64,000 bases of DNA, taken from the NCBI GenBank assembly GCA_047967505.1, contig CM106538.1. The stretch is one strand, 5' to 3'. The notes under the pieces are model-generated. The model was not told the origin of the DNA. It did not search any database and worked only from the letters and a program-made list of their open reading frames with translations. Positions 23,970 to 35,177 of this stretch are shown here, in pieces (position 1 is the first letter of the stretch; every line of letters begins with the position of its first letter). A program made the translations under genes and the position numbers. This DNA is from Dipteris shenzhenensis (taxonomy: Eukaryota).

Positions 23970-24520
23970 TTTGAGGCATCAAAAGCTTCACCTCCTTATG
24001 AAACCAGGGAATAATACCAAGCACCACATCATGAGGCTTCTAGGGTGAGATGAAAAAGTCCTCCTGGTCAACATAATCCTGCAATGATAGGAGTGACAAG
24101 AACAAAATTTCCATGGAACATTTGATCCGCATCCAAGGCTCCTTGGTTTTGATTCCACTTGCAAGGCTAACTCTTCGAAAATGAAATTATTCATAGCTCT
24201 TGGGTCAAAAAGGATCAACACGTTATGATCATGCAATTCGCCCCACAGAGGGGCAAACTTCTCTGGCCTCTTGGCCACTTTCCCCAAAACATCGGGGATA
24301 CCTCCTGCCATAGCCTTGGGCGGTTTTTGAGATCTTTTTTGCTCACTCAGTCCCAAAGAATTTTCGAGGCATTGGGCAGCCACATGTCCTTTTTTTCCAC
24401 ATCAAAAACATCTCCCTTCCTTCCAAAAGTCTCAATCTGCTTAGCGTAAAGCCCCTTATAGGGCCTTTGGTTTTGGTCTTGATTGTGGTTTTCCCCTTGG
24501 CTTGTGAGGTTGAAACCCAT
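23970..24520 (-). mobile_element. Second Gypsy gag-knuckle/protease fragment
   Basis: CGKKGHVAAQC knuckle remnant and LWGELHDHNVLILFDPRAMNNFI protease-like motif. Confidence 0.7.
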
Positions 24521-24739
24521 TCTTTTTTTTTGGTCAAGAAAATTACTTCATTAAGTATGAATGAAAACCGTGAGAGCAAGCTCAAATGCGGGAGTACATC
24601 ATGCAATGCACGAGGAAAAAACAGCTCAAAGTGAGCTAGTATTTGGACTAACACAGTACACTCTCTGATGGCCATTTGAGCGAGCATGCAGGGATCCTCC
24701 AGAGCAACCACTGCCAGGAGAGTTACTTTTTTCAGAGTT

Positions 24740-25295
24740 TGGAGGGGATCTCCTTTCTTCTCTGAGTTTCTTCAGGGTTGAGATGGCATTTTCAGCCTCT
24801 GCCTTGGTTCTTTATTGGCCATAGTCTGGGAAGGGTGAACCTGGATACCCTCCATCGCCTCTGTACACCTGGCTCTCCAAATATGCCAAGTTGCAATGCT
24901 AGCCAAAATCTCCCAAGACGTGTCTACTGAGGCATGAGCAGCTCTGAAAGGAGTGAGGGGAACATCCTGGAGGGAACAAGACTCCATTGAATGTCGCCGT
25001 ACAATGAAAGCTAGAAGGGGGATCTGGATCATGTCTCTCCACAAACACACGTGGGCCAGTAAGAGATAACCAAGCGAGTGAACCCCAGGTCATATAGAAA
25101 GGTGCTGTATGAAAGATGCTGAAAATCCTAGCAACACCTTTCCAGATCGTCCTCGCCTGTATGCACTCCCCAAGGCAATGTTGTACTGACTCAATTGCCA
25201 TGTGACAACGAGGACAAGTAGGGTCAGCCCCGAACCTGGATCTACACAGGTTCACTGCAATCCCTCCATGAATAGAAAGCCAAAATAAAAAGGGT
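24740..25295 (-). mobile_element. L1-clade LINE ORF2 3' fragment (zf-RVT-like)
   Basis: FLFWLSIHGGIAVN...CPRCHMAIESVQHCLGECIQARTIW and WHIWRARC motifs. Confidence 0.8.
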
Positions 25296-25299
25296 GATC

Positions 25300-26550
25300 T
25301 TTCTATTCCTGAGGGATTTCTAGAGCTTACGCCAAAAGTTCTTCCGCACAACTGCGGAAATCTGAAAACTATCCCAATGTGGCGCTCTGGAGGGCCTCCG
25401 ATCTCTATTGCTGAGCTGAAACCTCCGGGCATTTCTAACTGTACAGTGAAAGAAGGGAAAGCTCTTCTCTCGGTGCCCCTCATCAATCCAACCTTTTCAA
25501 ATTGAAGTGGCTGGAAATCCTTCCTTTTTGATATATACTTGGTCTTTTTTAGGACATCTTCCTTCTCCTTTTGAAACGAAGATGAATCCTTCACATTCAT
25601 CATAAATGCAACTGAAGCTGAATGCATGAGGCCTGAATCTCTGCATGAGGCATTGTATTTAAAAAGGCTTAACATTTGGCGGCAATCTTGCTCGATACTT
25701 TTGAAGCTTCCGAAGCTGTGCCTTAGCTGAAATCTTTTTGAACGGGGTTACCTGTGAGTATGCATCCCAAAATCTTTGATTGAAAACCCTGCGTCCTCCC
25801 TCACTTCATGTGAAGGCCATCCCATGCAATATGGCCTTAATTTTACAAATTGGTTTGGGAGAAACTGTTGATAGAAATACTTTTTAAACTTCTTCCACGA
25901 CTTGAGAGCAGGCCCATCTACCAGCTTGGCAGTCCCCCAAGTGATAGGTGTACCTATAAGGTGGGGACTCACCATCCGGGGTTTGGATGATTCTTGATAA
26001 ATTTTCCGTATCTGTCAAACTGACATATAAGCTGCGTAGCCTTCTCTGTCTGCCATATGCCGCATCATAAGTTACAAAACGGCCAGTTTTACCTCTCCCC
26101 TTGAATTCCTTGGCCCTGGAGGGCTTCTTACTCTGCCTCGATGCCTACTGCTTGAAGAGTTGGAGGAAGAGGATGAGGTTGAACTTGAACCGTTGCTGGA
26201 AGTCATTCTGCCTCCCGTGCTTGGGGCTTGAAGATCTAGTTCTCGGTATCATACTTCTCCCTCTATGCTGGGATTTATGGCTTCTCCTGGATGATCTTGT
26301 TGAAGAAGTTGGTGAGGGGCTAGAAGAATGCTTTCTTGGGGGAAATACCTGTTTGGTAGATTTCTCTGTAGGAAGAGATGCTGAAATTGTGGGTTCTTTT
26401 TGAAGAATTCATACTTCATGAAGATCATCATTTGGTACCTCATGCCCTCTCTTGCTGGGCGTTTTGAACGACCTGTTCTGAATTTTGAATGGGAATAGAT
26501 ACCGAGGAAGCAAGGGAAGGGTAAGTGCTTTCTCCCAAGCACCTTCCTTC
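25300..26550 (-). mobile_element. Degenerate Gypsy gag fragment
   Basis: KSWKKFKKYFYQQFLP retrotransposon-gag motif preceded by a Ser/Arg/Lys-rich region. Confidence 0.6.
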
Positions 26551-26726
26551 TCGAGAAGGTGGGGTAAGGCGCTATGCGCTTTCATGCTTCGCCCCTACCT
26601 TGCTCAACGGTAGCAATCAATCAGTACGATACAAGTGCTTGGTCAGTGCCATGATCGGTAAATCTCCATGTGCCTTATTGCGATCAACAACATTAAAGAG
26701 GTAGGAAAGCAGTAAAGAAGCAAATG

Positions 26727-26834
26727 ACTGTTGGGCACAGATGATGTCAGTGGGAATGTCATAGTAGCTAGTCCCTGCTATTGTATTTTTAGAGGATGAG
26801 TGAGGGCATGTTCCTGGATTCATCTAGATATATA
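26727..26834 (+). mobile_element. Family R copy 4 (internally deleted)
   Basis: actgttgggc...gtccctgcta joined to ttgtattttt...ggattcatctagatata. Confidence 0.75.
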
Positions 26835-27587
26835 TCTTCTCCTTGCTTTGCTTGCACTCATGCTTCAAATGACAATAATTGCTAGGTGGTTAGATTTTCT
26901 TGTGGAGAAGGACAAATGCCTCATGCTGTCAAAATCATCCGCTAATAGGTCAGGTAATAGAAAGTTTTTCAGAAGGTGTGCATGTAGTAAGCATGGCCAT
27001 GATACAGTTCCGGTTTAGAATAACAATACCACCTTTCCTTATTAGGGTGAAGAATGTAAGCTCTCATTGTGCATCTTTTGAAGTTGCTCTTGACTAGACT
27101 CTGAAACAAATGATCATGTAAGTCCTGCTTGTCTCCCCTTTTTCTCGGATTCTTGACTTTCCTTTGAGTGAACGCAGTTGGGAAATGTACCCTGGTTTTG
27201 TTTGGTGGAGAGACTGTTTGGGGAATTGACATGATGTATAAAGCGCTGAAGCACTTTCTGTAAACATGCACAGCATCTTGTCAATGCAACAAAGCATGTT
27301 CACAGCAGGTCTTAGAAGCAAGCTAGAGGCATGTCATATGTTTTAGAAGCCCTGCTACCTTCTCTTCATAACAGCCCTCCATTCCTATGCTTGGTAACTG
27401 ATGACAACATAAGCACAGTTTTGCTTACCAAGTGTTTTTTATTTTTCCTCTCTCTTTGCTTTGTTTCATGTCCCCCCCCACCGAGTCTCTTCCCCCTTCT
27501 TTTCTTGTTCCTTGCAGAAACAAATCTAGTCTGTAAGATTGGATATGTTCCATTCTTATGAAGGTATATATTTTGGTTGATTGGCAG

Positions 27588-27682
27588 CTTTGCGATCAGT
27601 TGTACAAGTGTTCAGGCGAGAAGAGGACAACTGGAAAGACAGTTCAAAGTCACTGAAGAGGAGGAGAGAGCGGCCAGATCAG
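27588..27682 (+). CDS. PUB62: PUB62/63-like exon 4 (ALRSVVQVFRREEDNWKDSSKSLKRRRERPDQ)
   Basis: ggcag| acceptor and CAG|gtaaga donor; G|CT completes Ala from exon 3; U-box end LRxxVQxFRREE and basic KRRRER stretch. Confidence 0.9.
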
Positions 27683-27866
27683 GTAAGAGAGCCTTTGTTT
27701 TTTAGGTGCCCTTCAGCAGTTAAATAATTCTAAGTGAAATTTACTACTCGTGGGTATGTGTGAGTGAGTTGTTAAGAGTGTTTTTTGAATGCACTAATGG
27801 GTTGCATATATCTATTTGGCAGAGAATTTGTGTTTGTAGGGTGAAAGTTCTTGTGATTCTGTGCAG

Positions 27867-27962
27867 GATAGACACCATTCCAGTGAGTTTACCTCGTTGG
27901 ATGTTTCAAGATACAGAGGTGTTCAGTTCCCATATAAAGTTAATGACAGAGTCTTAATAAAG
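27867..27962 (+). CDS. PUB62: PUB62/63-like exon 5 (DRHHSSEFTSLDVSRYRGVQFPYKVNDRVLIK)
   Basis: gtgcag| acceptor and AAG|gtctaa donor; 96 nt in frame; GVQFPxxVxDRVxIK motif. Confidence 0.88.
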
Positions 27963-28078
27963 GTCTAACCCTTTTTGTTACTCTTGGTTAAATATTTTTT
28001 TACAGTCAAATTACTCTTGTTAGCCTGCATATGACCTTTGTGTGGTGAAGATAGGGCTTGAATCCTCGTTGCATGCAG

Positions 28079-28149
28079 GGAAATAAGCGAACTCCAGAGA
28101 GATTTGTGGGGCGGAATGCTGTTATAACTACTCAATGTCTGAATGGATG
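28079..28149 (+). CDS. PUB62: PUB62/63-like exon 6 (GNKRTPERFVGRNAVITTQCLNGW)
   Basis: atgcag| acceptor and TG|gtaagc donor; GNKRTPxRFVGRxAVxTTQCLNGW motif of the PUB62/63 C-terminal domain. Confidence 0.93.
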
Positions 28150-28482
28150 GTAAGCCTGATGCATTAGAGAATTATGCCTATTTAACATTGCAAAAGATTG
28201 CTCATAAGGTTTGCACTTAGTCACACTTCAAATTTGGGGCATTAAGAGTTTTCACATCGTTTTCACATAATTTAGCTTGCTTCTGCTAAACAAGTTGCTC
28301 TGGTGCCGTATCAAAGCAGTTTTTTAAATCGCTTTAGGGAAAATTGATGATTAAGATGTCAAATCACTGATGCTTTTCGAAGCACGTGATTCATTGGAAA
28401 TTAGTGCTCTTCTTTTGTGCTCCATAGGCATAAGATTTAGACCACAAAACTGACTTCTTTTGTGAAATGCTGTTTATCGAAG

Positions 28483-28609
28483 GTATGTTGTTAGAACTTT
28501 GGATAACGGGGAGAGTGTCAAGCTACAATATCGCTCCCTAATGAAAATGGGAGAACAACCATCTTCCAATGAGCTTCAACCTAAAGTAACAGGACCGAGT
28601 TGGCTATAA
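28483..28609 (+). CDS. PUB62: PUB62/63-like last coding exon (YVVRTLDNGESVKLQYRSL...GPSWL*)
   Basis: cgaag| acceptor; TG|G completes Trp; conserved YVVxTLDNxESVKLQYRSL; TAA at 28607-28609; spliced CDS is 1683 nt = 560 aa. Confidence 0.92.
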
Positions 28610-29100
28610 TGTGTGGGTAAGGCTATCATAATTAGAGTTATACTTTTTGGAGGCATCAATATAGTATTAATACACATACTTTTCTTGGATAATCTTTTGT
28701 AGTCTTGCCCCAGGGGTGTCAAGGATCTTTAATAGATCCTCAAAGAGAGGTGTATCATTATTTAAGAAAATTCGACCTTTGACATCTCATATAATTTGTA
28801 TACCTCTGGAATTTTTTGCAGTGCGCTAATGCAGGGGACTCATGGATTGTGCTGGACCCTTGAAATTGAATAGTTTTTGCAAGAAAAAGGCAGGTATTTC
28901 TAGTTCAGATTCTTTCTTGCAATGGTAGAGGGCGTGCAAATATGGGAATTCTTGCAAGATACAGGAGTTGAGATTTTGGATGTGAAATCCCAATAAGGTG
29001 GAACAATAGTTAAATTAATTTAGCACCATCGTTTAAAATTGAGCTACTGTTTGTGTTCTATTGAAAAATCTGACAGATTGAAGTAATTTGAAGTCTGTTT

Positions 29101-29255
29101 TGATTTGCTGTCTGTTCATTGCCACTGATAGGACCCTTCACGCACATTAGGACTTAGGCTGAGTGTTATGTGCTACCTGACTTGCTGTCCATTCATTGCC
29201 AGTGATATGACCCTTCACGTGCATTTAGGACTATGGCTGAGTGTCATGCAATCTC
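29101..29255. repeat. ~77-bp diverged tandem duplication
   Basis: tgatttgctgtc...ggctgagtgt x2. Confidence 0.8.
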
Positions 29256-29925
29256 AACATTATGCACTACCTGACTAACTTCGCAATTTAATACATGGAT
29301 TCTATTTAATGAAAGTTACCATATCATTGGAGGAAGTTAGAGATTGAAGAATATGATGATAACCTGGTTAAGAGATGACCAGATGTTTCTCTATAGAGAA
29401 TCTATGAATGCTGCATAGGGTACAGTGTTTAAGTCATACAAGATGAGTAGGGAAGCTCAATTTTATCTGCATCTAATATCTCAGTTTTGATGGTGATGCA
29501 GGATGTGGACTGCACAATCAATATGTATTATAGCTCTTAGTGTCGCGTGGTTCTTTCGCACAAGTTCATGATACTGGCTAATTTTGGTTGTCTCCCTTGC
29601 CCTTTCCTTTTCTGTGGAAGTTGCTTACAAGCTTGGAATCCGTATCCGAGTCTTCCCTTATTTTGGTGAAATGTGGAAGGCTTTGGTCCATGAGTGGGGA
29701 AACAGCCAAGTGATTTAAGACAGGTCACGTCAATCTTGTCCTCCAAGCTTTTGACTAACTGTACTTAAAAGAAACATGCGTTTTCTCAGTGGCTTCTTTT
29801 TGGTCCTTTTGATAATTGCACCCAGGAGAGTTTGTCCAGTTTTAAAGGATGTTTTGGTTTCAGGGAAGGATTAATGTGCTCATTCTATGTGAAGAAGGCT
29901 TGAATGATGCAGACTTTAAAGGGTC

Positions 29926-30120
29926 ATTTGTATGAAGTGTGGCAGTTGTATCGGACATGGGTTCTTGTGTTGTTATGTTAAGCTGCATGATAGGCATAGA
30001 AGGGGCCAAACAACTCTTCATTCGTATGAAGTGTGGCAGTTGTATCTGACATTGGTTCTTGTGTTGGTGTGTTGTTATGTTAAGCTGCATGATAGGCAAA
30101 GAAGGGGTCAAACAACTCTT
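29926..30120. repeat. ~95-bp tandem duplication
   Basis: gtatgaagtgtggcagttgtatc...caaacaactctt x2. Confidence 0.9.
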
Positions 30121-30827
30121 ATCTTTCTTGACCTTGTACCAAGCGTTTAATTAGAAAGTGGAAACTTTATAAGACAAGAATACTCCTTGGAGTGAGGTTT
30201 CTATTTTGAGTTTCTAAGCCGTGAAGTGCAGTGCTGCAAGTGCGGCTGTACAGGTTTCAAATGGTGTGTAGGTCAAAGTTCACTTTCAATGATATCATGA
30301 AAAAGAAAAATGAACAGAAGTAGCAGTGTTTCTTATTGTTTATGGTTGAGTATGACCTATAGGATCAAAAGGGAATTTTGAAGCAAAAGCAGGGTTTATT
30401 TGAAAGTCTGTTTATATTGTGGCTGTTGTATTATCAGTGATTCTTAGAATATTATGAATTATTTACATCTCAGTCTGATTTGATGGAACGGTATCAAGCC
30501 AGCTTTTACACCTTTAAAATAAGAGATTTGAAGCAGTCTCTGTGTACAAGCAGCAACTGCTGTACATGTACTGCCATATGCATTTAAGGGTTGCTGATAG
30601 TGGCTTGTAGAGCAAGCTTCTGGGTGAAATGAAGATGAGACAGAAACAATACCAATCTCACTTCTGCTTATGACCTCCAGGGACCTCACAGAAACTAAGG
30701 TTGGAATAAATGTGTGCTCATTTAGGTGTGGCTGGGCTGGATTTGCATGTGTGAGGGCTTATGTTCATTGCAGGCTCTACCTGCTGCTGCTATGCGTGTT
30801 GGAATTGATGATCTCTATGAAAGCTGC

Positions 30828-31260
30828 GCATTTGCTTTTGTTCATGCACATTTGCTCCACCCATGATCTATTTGGTCATGTATAATTAAGATGGATGGCA
30901 TTTGCTTTTGAATTGCTAATTTGATCAAAGAAGCGATATAAGTGTGCTTATTTTAGGATCAGTGCGCCTTGAAACTGAGCTACGAAACTGTTATTTTAGA
31001 CTCCGAAATAGTTCTGTTTCCAAATTGACCTTCCAACACTACCTAATATGAATTGGGGTATTTGCTTTTTGTGGGCATTTGCTTTTGTTCATGCACATTT
31101 GCTCCACCCATGATCTACCTGGTCATGTATATTAAGAGAGATTTGCATTTGATTTGCTACTTTGAAATATGTTCAAAGAAGTGATTGAAGAAGGATGCTT
31201 ACTCTAGGATCTATGCGCATGCAAATTGAGCTATGAAACCACTACTAAGAATTTTGAAGT
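30828..31260. repeat. Diverged direct repeat, period ~247 bp
   Basis: gcatttgcttttgttcatgcacatttgctccacccatgatcta at ~30828 and ~31075. Confidence 0.8.
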
Positions 31261-32256
31261 AGTTTTGTAAATTCCTGTTAAGTAATTTGGAATCATTTCA
31301 GTTGACTTGAGCTCTCAAATACTTTGATAAGTATTGAGCACAAGTATTCATGGTGTGTTGTACGTGTGTCATTTCCGTTCTTACAAGTGTAGCTGCCCTT
31401 TTAAGGGTGAAGGAAATTTTGAAAGAGACTTTTAATGCGATCTGGTTAAACTTTAACTTCTATTTCAGCATATGGTTGCTCAGTTCTAGTTTCACGAGGA
31501 TTAAACCCTGGTTTTCAGCCACGTGAATATTTTATTCTAGGGGTTATTGCACAGGTGCAAGAATAATTAAAGACATCTTTTATCCCTGAAGTCTTGTTGG
31601 ACAGTTTCGAGTTTAGAAGCGCATTGTATTCATACCAAGAAAATGTGGAGTTTTGTATTGGTTTGATGATATAGAATCTATGACCACTTTTGCACCCAAA
31701 TTTTTAAAAAAAGTCATCGGTTGAAATGCTAACTAAAGAAAGTGACTTTCATAAATATTATTTTTAAATTTTAATGTATATCCGAGAGCCCCCGCCCTTC
31801 CAAGGTTTGTGGCCCCAAGAAAGGAAAGATAACACTATCATTGACCACTCAATTGTGTTTTGTTTGTGGTTTTGAGAAGGAGAATACTGCAGCAAATTGA
31901 AATTCACTAAACCAAGTGAATGACTTTGTGGTAGTAGGACCAAGACTTGGTGGCAGAGATTTTTAAATCAAACGTTAAATCCCCTTACATATATCACCCT
32001 TATAAAATTTTAGGGTTGAAAGAAGGAATCGGAGAACAATATTATGATATTTGGAACAATTTAATTTGAACTAGCGATATGTTTTAGAATGCTAAATATG
32101 GTATTTTGATTGTGGAAGTTGTTCTCCTCCCTTATGTAATTACTTTGTATGGTCTTCCAAAGGCTATGTAGTAATTTCTAGATACTTTAAACTTTTGAGA
32201 TGAGATAAATCAACAACTTTTCGACACATAGTAATGAATAGGTTAGCTAACAACTC

Positions 32257-32440
32257 TTTTTTGGCTTGCCCAAAGGAAGGACTAAATGAAGGCGATTCAC
32301 AACAAAGCGAAAATAGCCATTTACAATTTTCAAAAAATCTGAAATAATTTTTGGCCTGCCCAAAGGAAGGACTAAGTGAAGGCGATTTACAACTGAGTGA
32401 AAATAGCCATTTTTAATTTAAAAAAAATTGAAATGATTTT
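32257..32440. repeat. ~90-bp tandem duplication
   Basis: ttggc(t/c)tgcccaaaggaaggactaa...gaaaatagccattt x2. Confidence 0.85.
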
Positions 32441-32526
32441 AAGATCCCCTTATTTTTAGGCCCCTCCTTGCCCTCCCCGCCCCCCTCCCTCTCTCTCTCT
32501 CGCTCTCCCCACCAAGTTTAATAAAA

Positions 32527-32650
32527 CCCACGTGGGTCTTGGTGGTTGAGGCTCTGGCTCATGCCGTTGGGTGTGTGTGTTCGATCCCCGTGGTCGACGT
32601 CGGATGAGTCAGAACTGGCTCCTTGGGATTGTTCCTACGACGTTAAAAAA
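32527..32650 (+). mobile_element. tRNA-derived SINE candidate
   Basis: A-box-like tgggtcttggtgg at 32533; B-box GTTCGATCC at 32579-32587; GC/CpG-rich; A6 tail followed by a microsatellite. Confidence 0.5.
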
Positions 32651-32701
32651 CTATCTATCTATCTATCTATCTATCTCTCTCTCTCTCTCTCTCTCACACA
32701 C
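32651..32701. repeat. (CTAT)n(CT)n microsatellite
   Basis: Read directly from the sequence. Confidence 0.95.
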
Positions 32702-34153
32702 ATGAGCTTTCAATTCATCATCTCCGTCCTCTTTTTTGCATTGCACATCTTCATTGCTATTTTGAATCTAGGGAAGGCCTTATGAATGATTTGTAATAAT
32801 TAACCTTGTTTATTAAGGACATTGTGTAGGTTATTGATTTTTTCATCTTCTAAAGAACATGTAAAATATTCTCTTACATTTTTAGAATAATAAATCAACT
32901 ACTATTTAAAAAAAAGTTCAAGCACAAGTTATGCAATTGTCTATTCAATAAGATCTAAATAATGGATGAAATGACTATGGTCCTACTTTGTAATGGGACA
33001 TGAACCAACTTTTCATCAAATTGTACATTTACAAGTTGCTGTCAAGATTATTATATCATATTATAGTGCATCTTAAACTAAAAGCATAAACTCGAGCTAG
33101 CGAAGTGTATACCAAATAATCTCTAAATAGTGAAAATGATATGCTAATATCCTACATTTTGTCATATAATGGCCATCGATGAGCTAGAATAACCTTGTAC
33201 ATATAAGAGAGTACTTTGGGAAATAGCAAAGCTACCTTCACGCTTACAACATCATTAGTATGTGGCATGCATTCTAAATTGAAGGCTGAAGGTTGTTAAG
33301 TAGCATCTTTATTGATTAGATGAAAAGAAAATGCTAGATATGACTTGTATTGTGGAACACAAGAAGTATGATGTGAAGTCTTTAATGGCATGTTTGCACT
33401 AAATCTCCAATATCATTGTTTTGGGCACACTGACACCTATTTCTATGGGTTGATTAGCATAGGTTTGCTAGAGTAGAAAGATTGTTGTGATTGCTAAATA
33501 TTGGCAAGTAATAATGAAGTGGAGTATATTTTTCTAATGAGAGATATTAAGAGGAATCATGAAGGATGGACTATCAGTAACAAGAACAAGATAATCTATG
33601 GGTTCTTACATTTTTATTTCATCGTCACATACTTATGGTAGTAGTGGAGTTATATCTCTTTTATTATGTGCCATTTGCATTGTGTATATGCAGATTAATC
33701 ATGCACTTCTTTTCATCACATTCACTTGTGTTCAATTAGCTTGCTCATCTATGCAAATAGTATTGGTGAAATTTGATCCAAGCTCACTCCAATGAGTTAG
33801 TTTCAATGATATGATCATATAACGAGATGCACTATCATCATTTGAGTTTCAAAAATGTCATAGCATTGTGCAGCTTGTTGAGCTGATTATTTCTTTGTTT
33901 ATTTCGTCCCCATTTGAAGTACCTAGCAAAAAAATGATCACCTTTGTGTAACATTGGATCAGTAGAGTTTGATTTTTTTAGTGATGCACGACCATTACAT
34001 GTTTGCGTGGACCAAACTCCACCTTTTCATCAAGTAGTCCTTAGTATGAGGCCCGTTCATCTCTTAAAGGTATCGCCCTTAAGATATTTCAGCATCAATT
34101 TAGTTATGCCACAGTGCATCAAACTTGGATTTAGTTATCACCACCACTTTAGC

Positions 34154-34360
34154 ATATCATTCCTTAGCATGGGGACATTTTAGCATTAGTTTCGTCTTGA
34201 ACACTATTGTGGATGAAGTGAGAACTATTGCACAAAAACAATAACTAGATGAAACATTCCCTTTCATATCATTCCTTAGCATGGGGACATTAGTTGCCTT
34301 GAACACTATTGCAAATGAAAGGAGAACTATTTCACAAAAACAAGAACTAAATGAAATATT
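34154..34360. repeat. ~113-bp tandem duplication
   Basis: atatcattccttagcatggggacatt...aactagatgaaa x2. Confidence 0.8.
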
Positions 34361-34764
34361 GTTTTTCATACAACTAAAAAGTGTCATTTTAGGAAAGTTC
34401 ATGGATTCCTAGCGTCTTCAGAAAAACACAAAAAATGAGTTTTGAGTTTTATAAATTTAAAAAATTATAAAAAAATTATCACATTTTCCATTGAGCCATG
34501 GTATGCACATGGAAAAAGGTTCAAGTGATACGCAGGTTTTTATACACTATCATGTCAAAATGAAAGAAGCAAATACCCATTCTTTAAAATATATCTTTTG
34601 GGTAAAAGCATGATAGGGTATATACTTCAAAATATATCTTTTGGGTAAAAGCACGATAGAGTGTATGTATTGCTTGCAAAAATACAGTATCATACTATTA
34701 GTATGTTTTATGATGAAGTCAAATTAATGCATGCACATAATTTCATGAAGATGCACAAGTACCC

Positions 34765-35177
34765 ACAAGCTTGGCATTATGAGGTGTTCCTAACCGGCTC
34801 CCAAATAGTGCTTGTGTTAGCCTCATGCCTCCAAGTCCTAATCTATTTGGGTTTCAAACCCCCTGTACGAGGCTCAAAACTTGGAGTGGCGAGGCTTAAC
34901 TCCCGTGAGACACTTAACCACAGCTTGCAGCTGGAATCTATAACTTGTGAGATGGAACCTGCAAGTTGTGAGTTGGAACCTGCAACTTATGATCTAGAAC
35001 CTGCAACTTGTGCCCGTAGCATGTAATCTTTGACTTTGGGGTATTTGGGGCTTAAACTCCCTGAGCTTGTACTGAACTCCTTCCATGGCTGCAATCGTTG
35101 AAGTAAATCATGAAGCCTAATCACTTCTAGTCACTAATTACCCTGCATTCCGCGATTGTACTCCGTGGATGTTAACA
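34765..35177 (-). mobile_element. Truncated LTR fragment of the Gypsy F family (5' ~410 bp)
   Basis: Reverse complement of 57536-~57945, including the TGTTAACATCCACGG terminus. Confidence 0.9.

Larger units (their letters stand above)
5073..27587 (+). other. 22.5-kb TE-filled intron 3 of the U-box gene
   Basis: GT at 5073 and AG at 27586-27587; flanking exons join in frame as ...TPNY|ALRSVVQ... Confidence 0.88.

Noticed and set aside
32527-32600. Functional tRNA gene
   Set aside because: The T-stem and anticodon arm do not form a canonical cloverleaf, and a tail follows; a SINE-like origin fits better.
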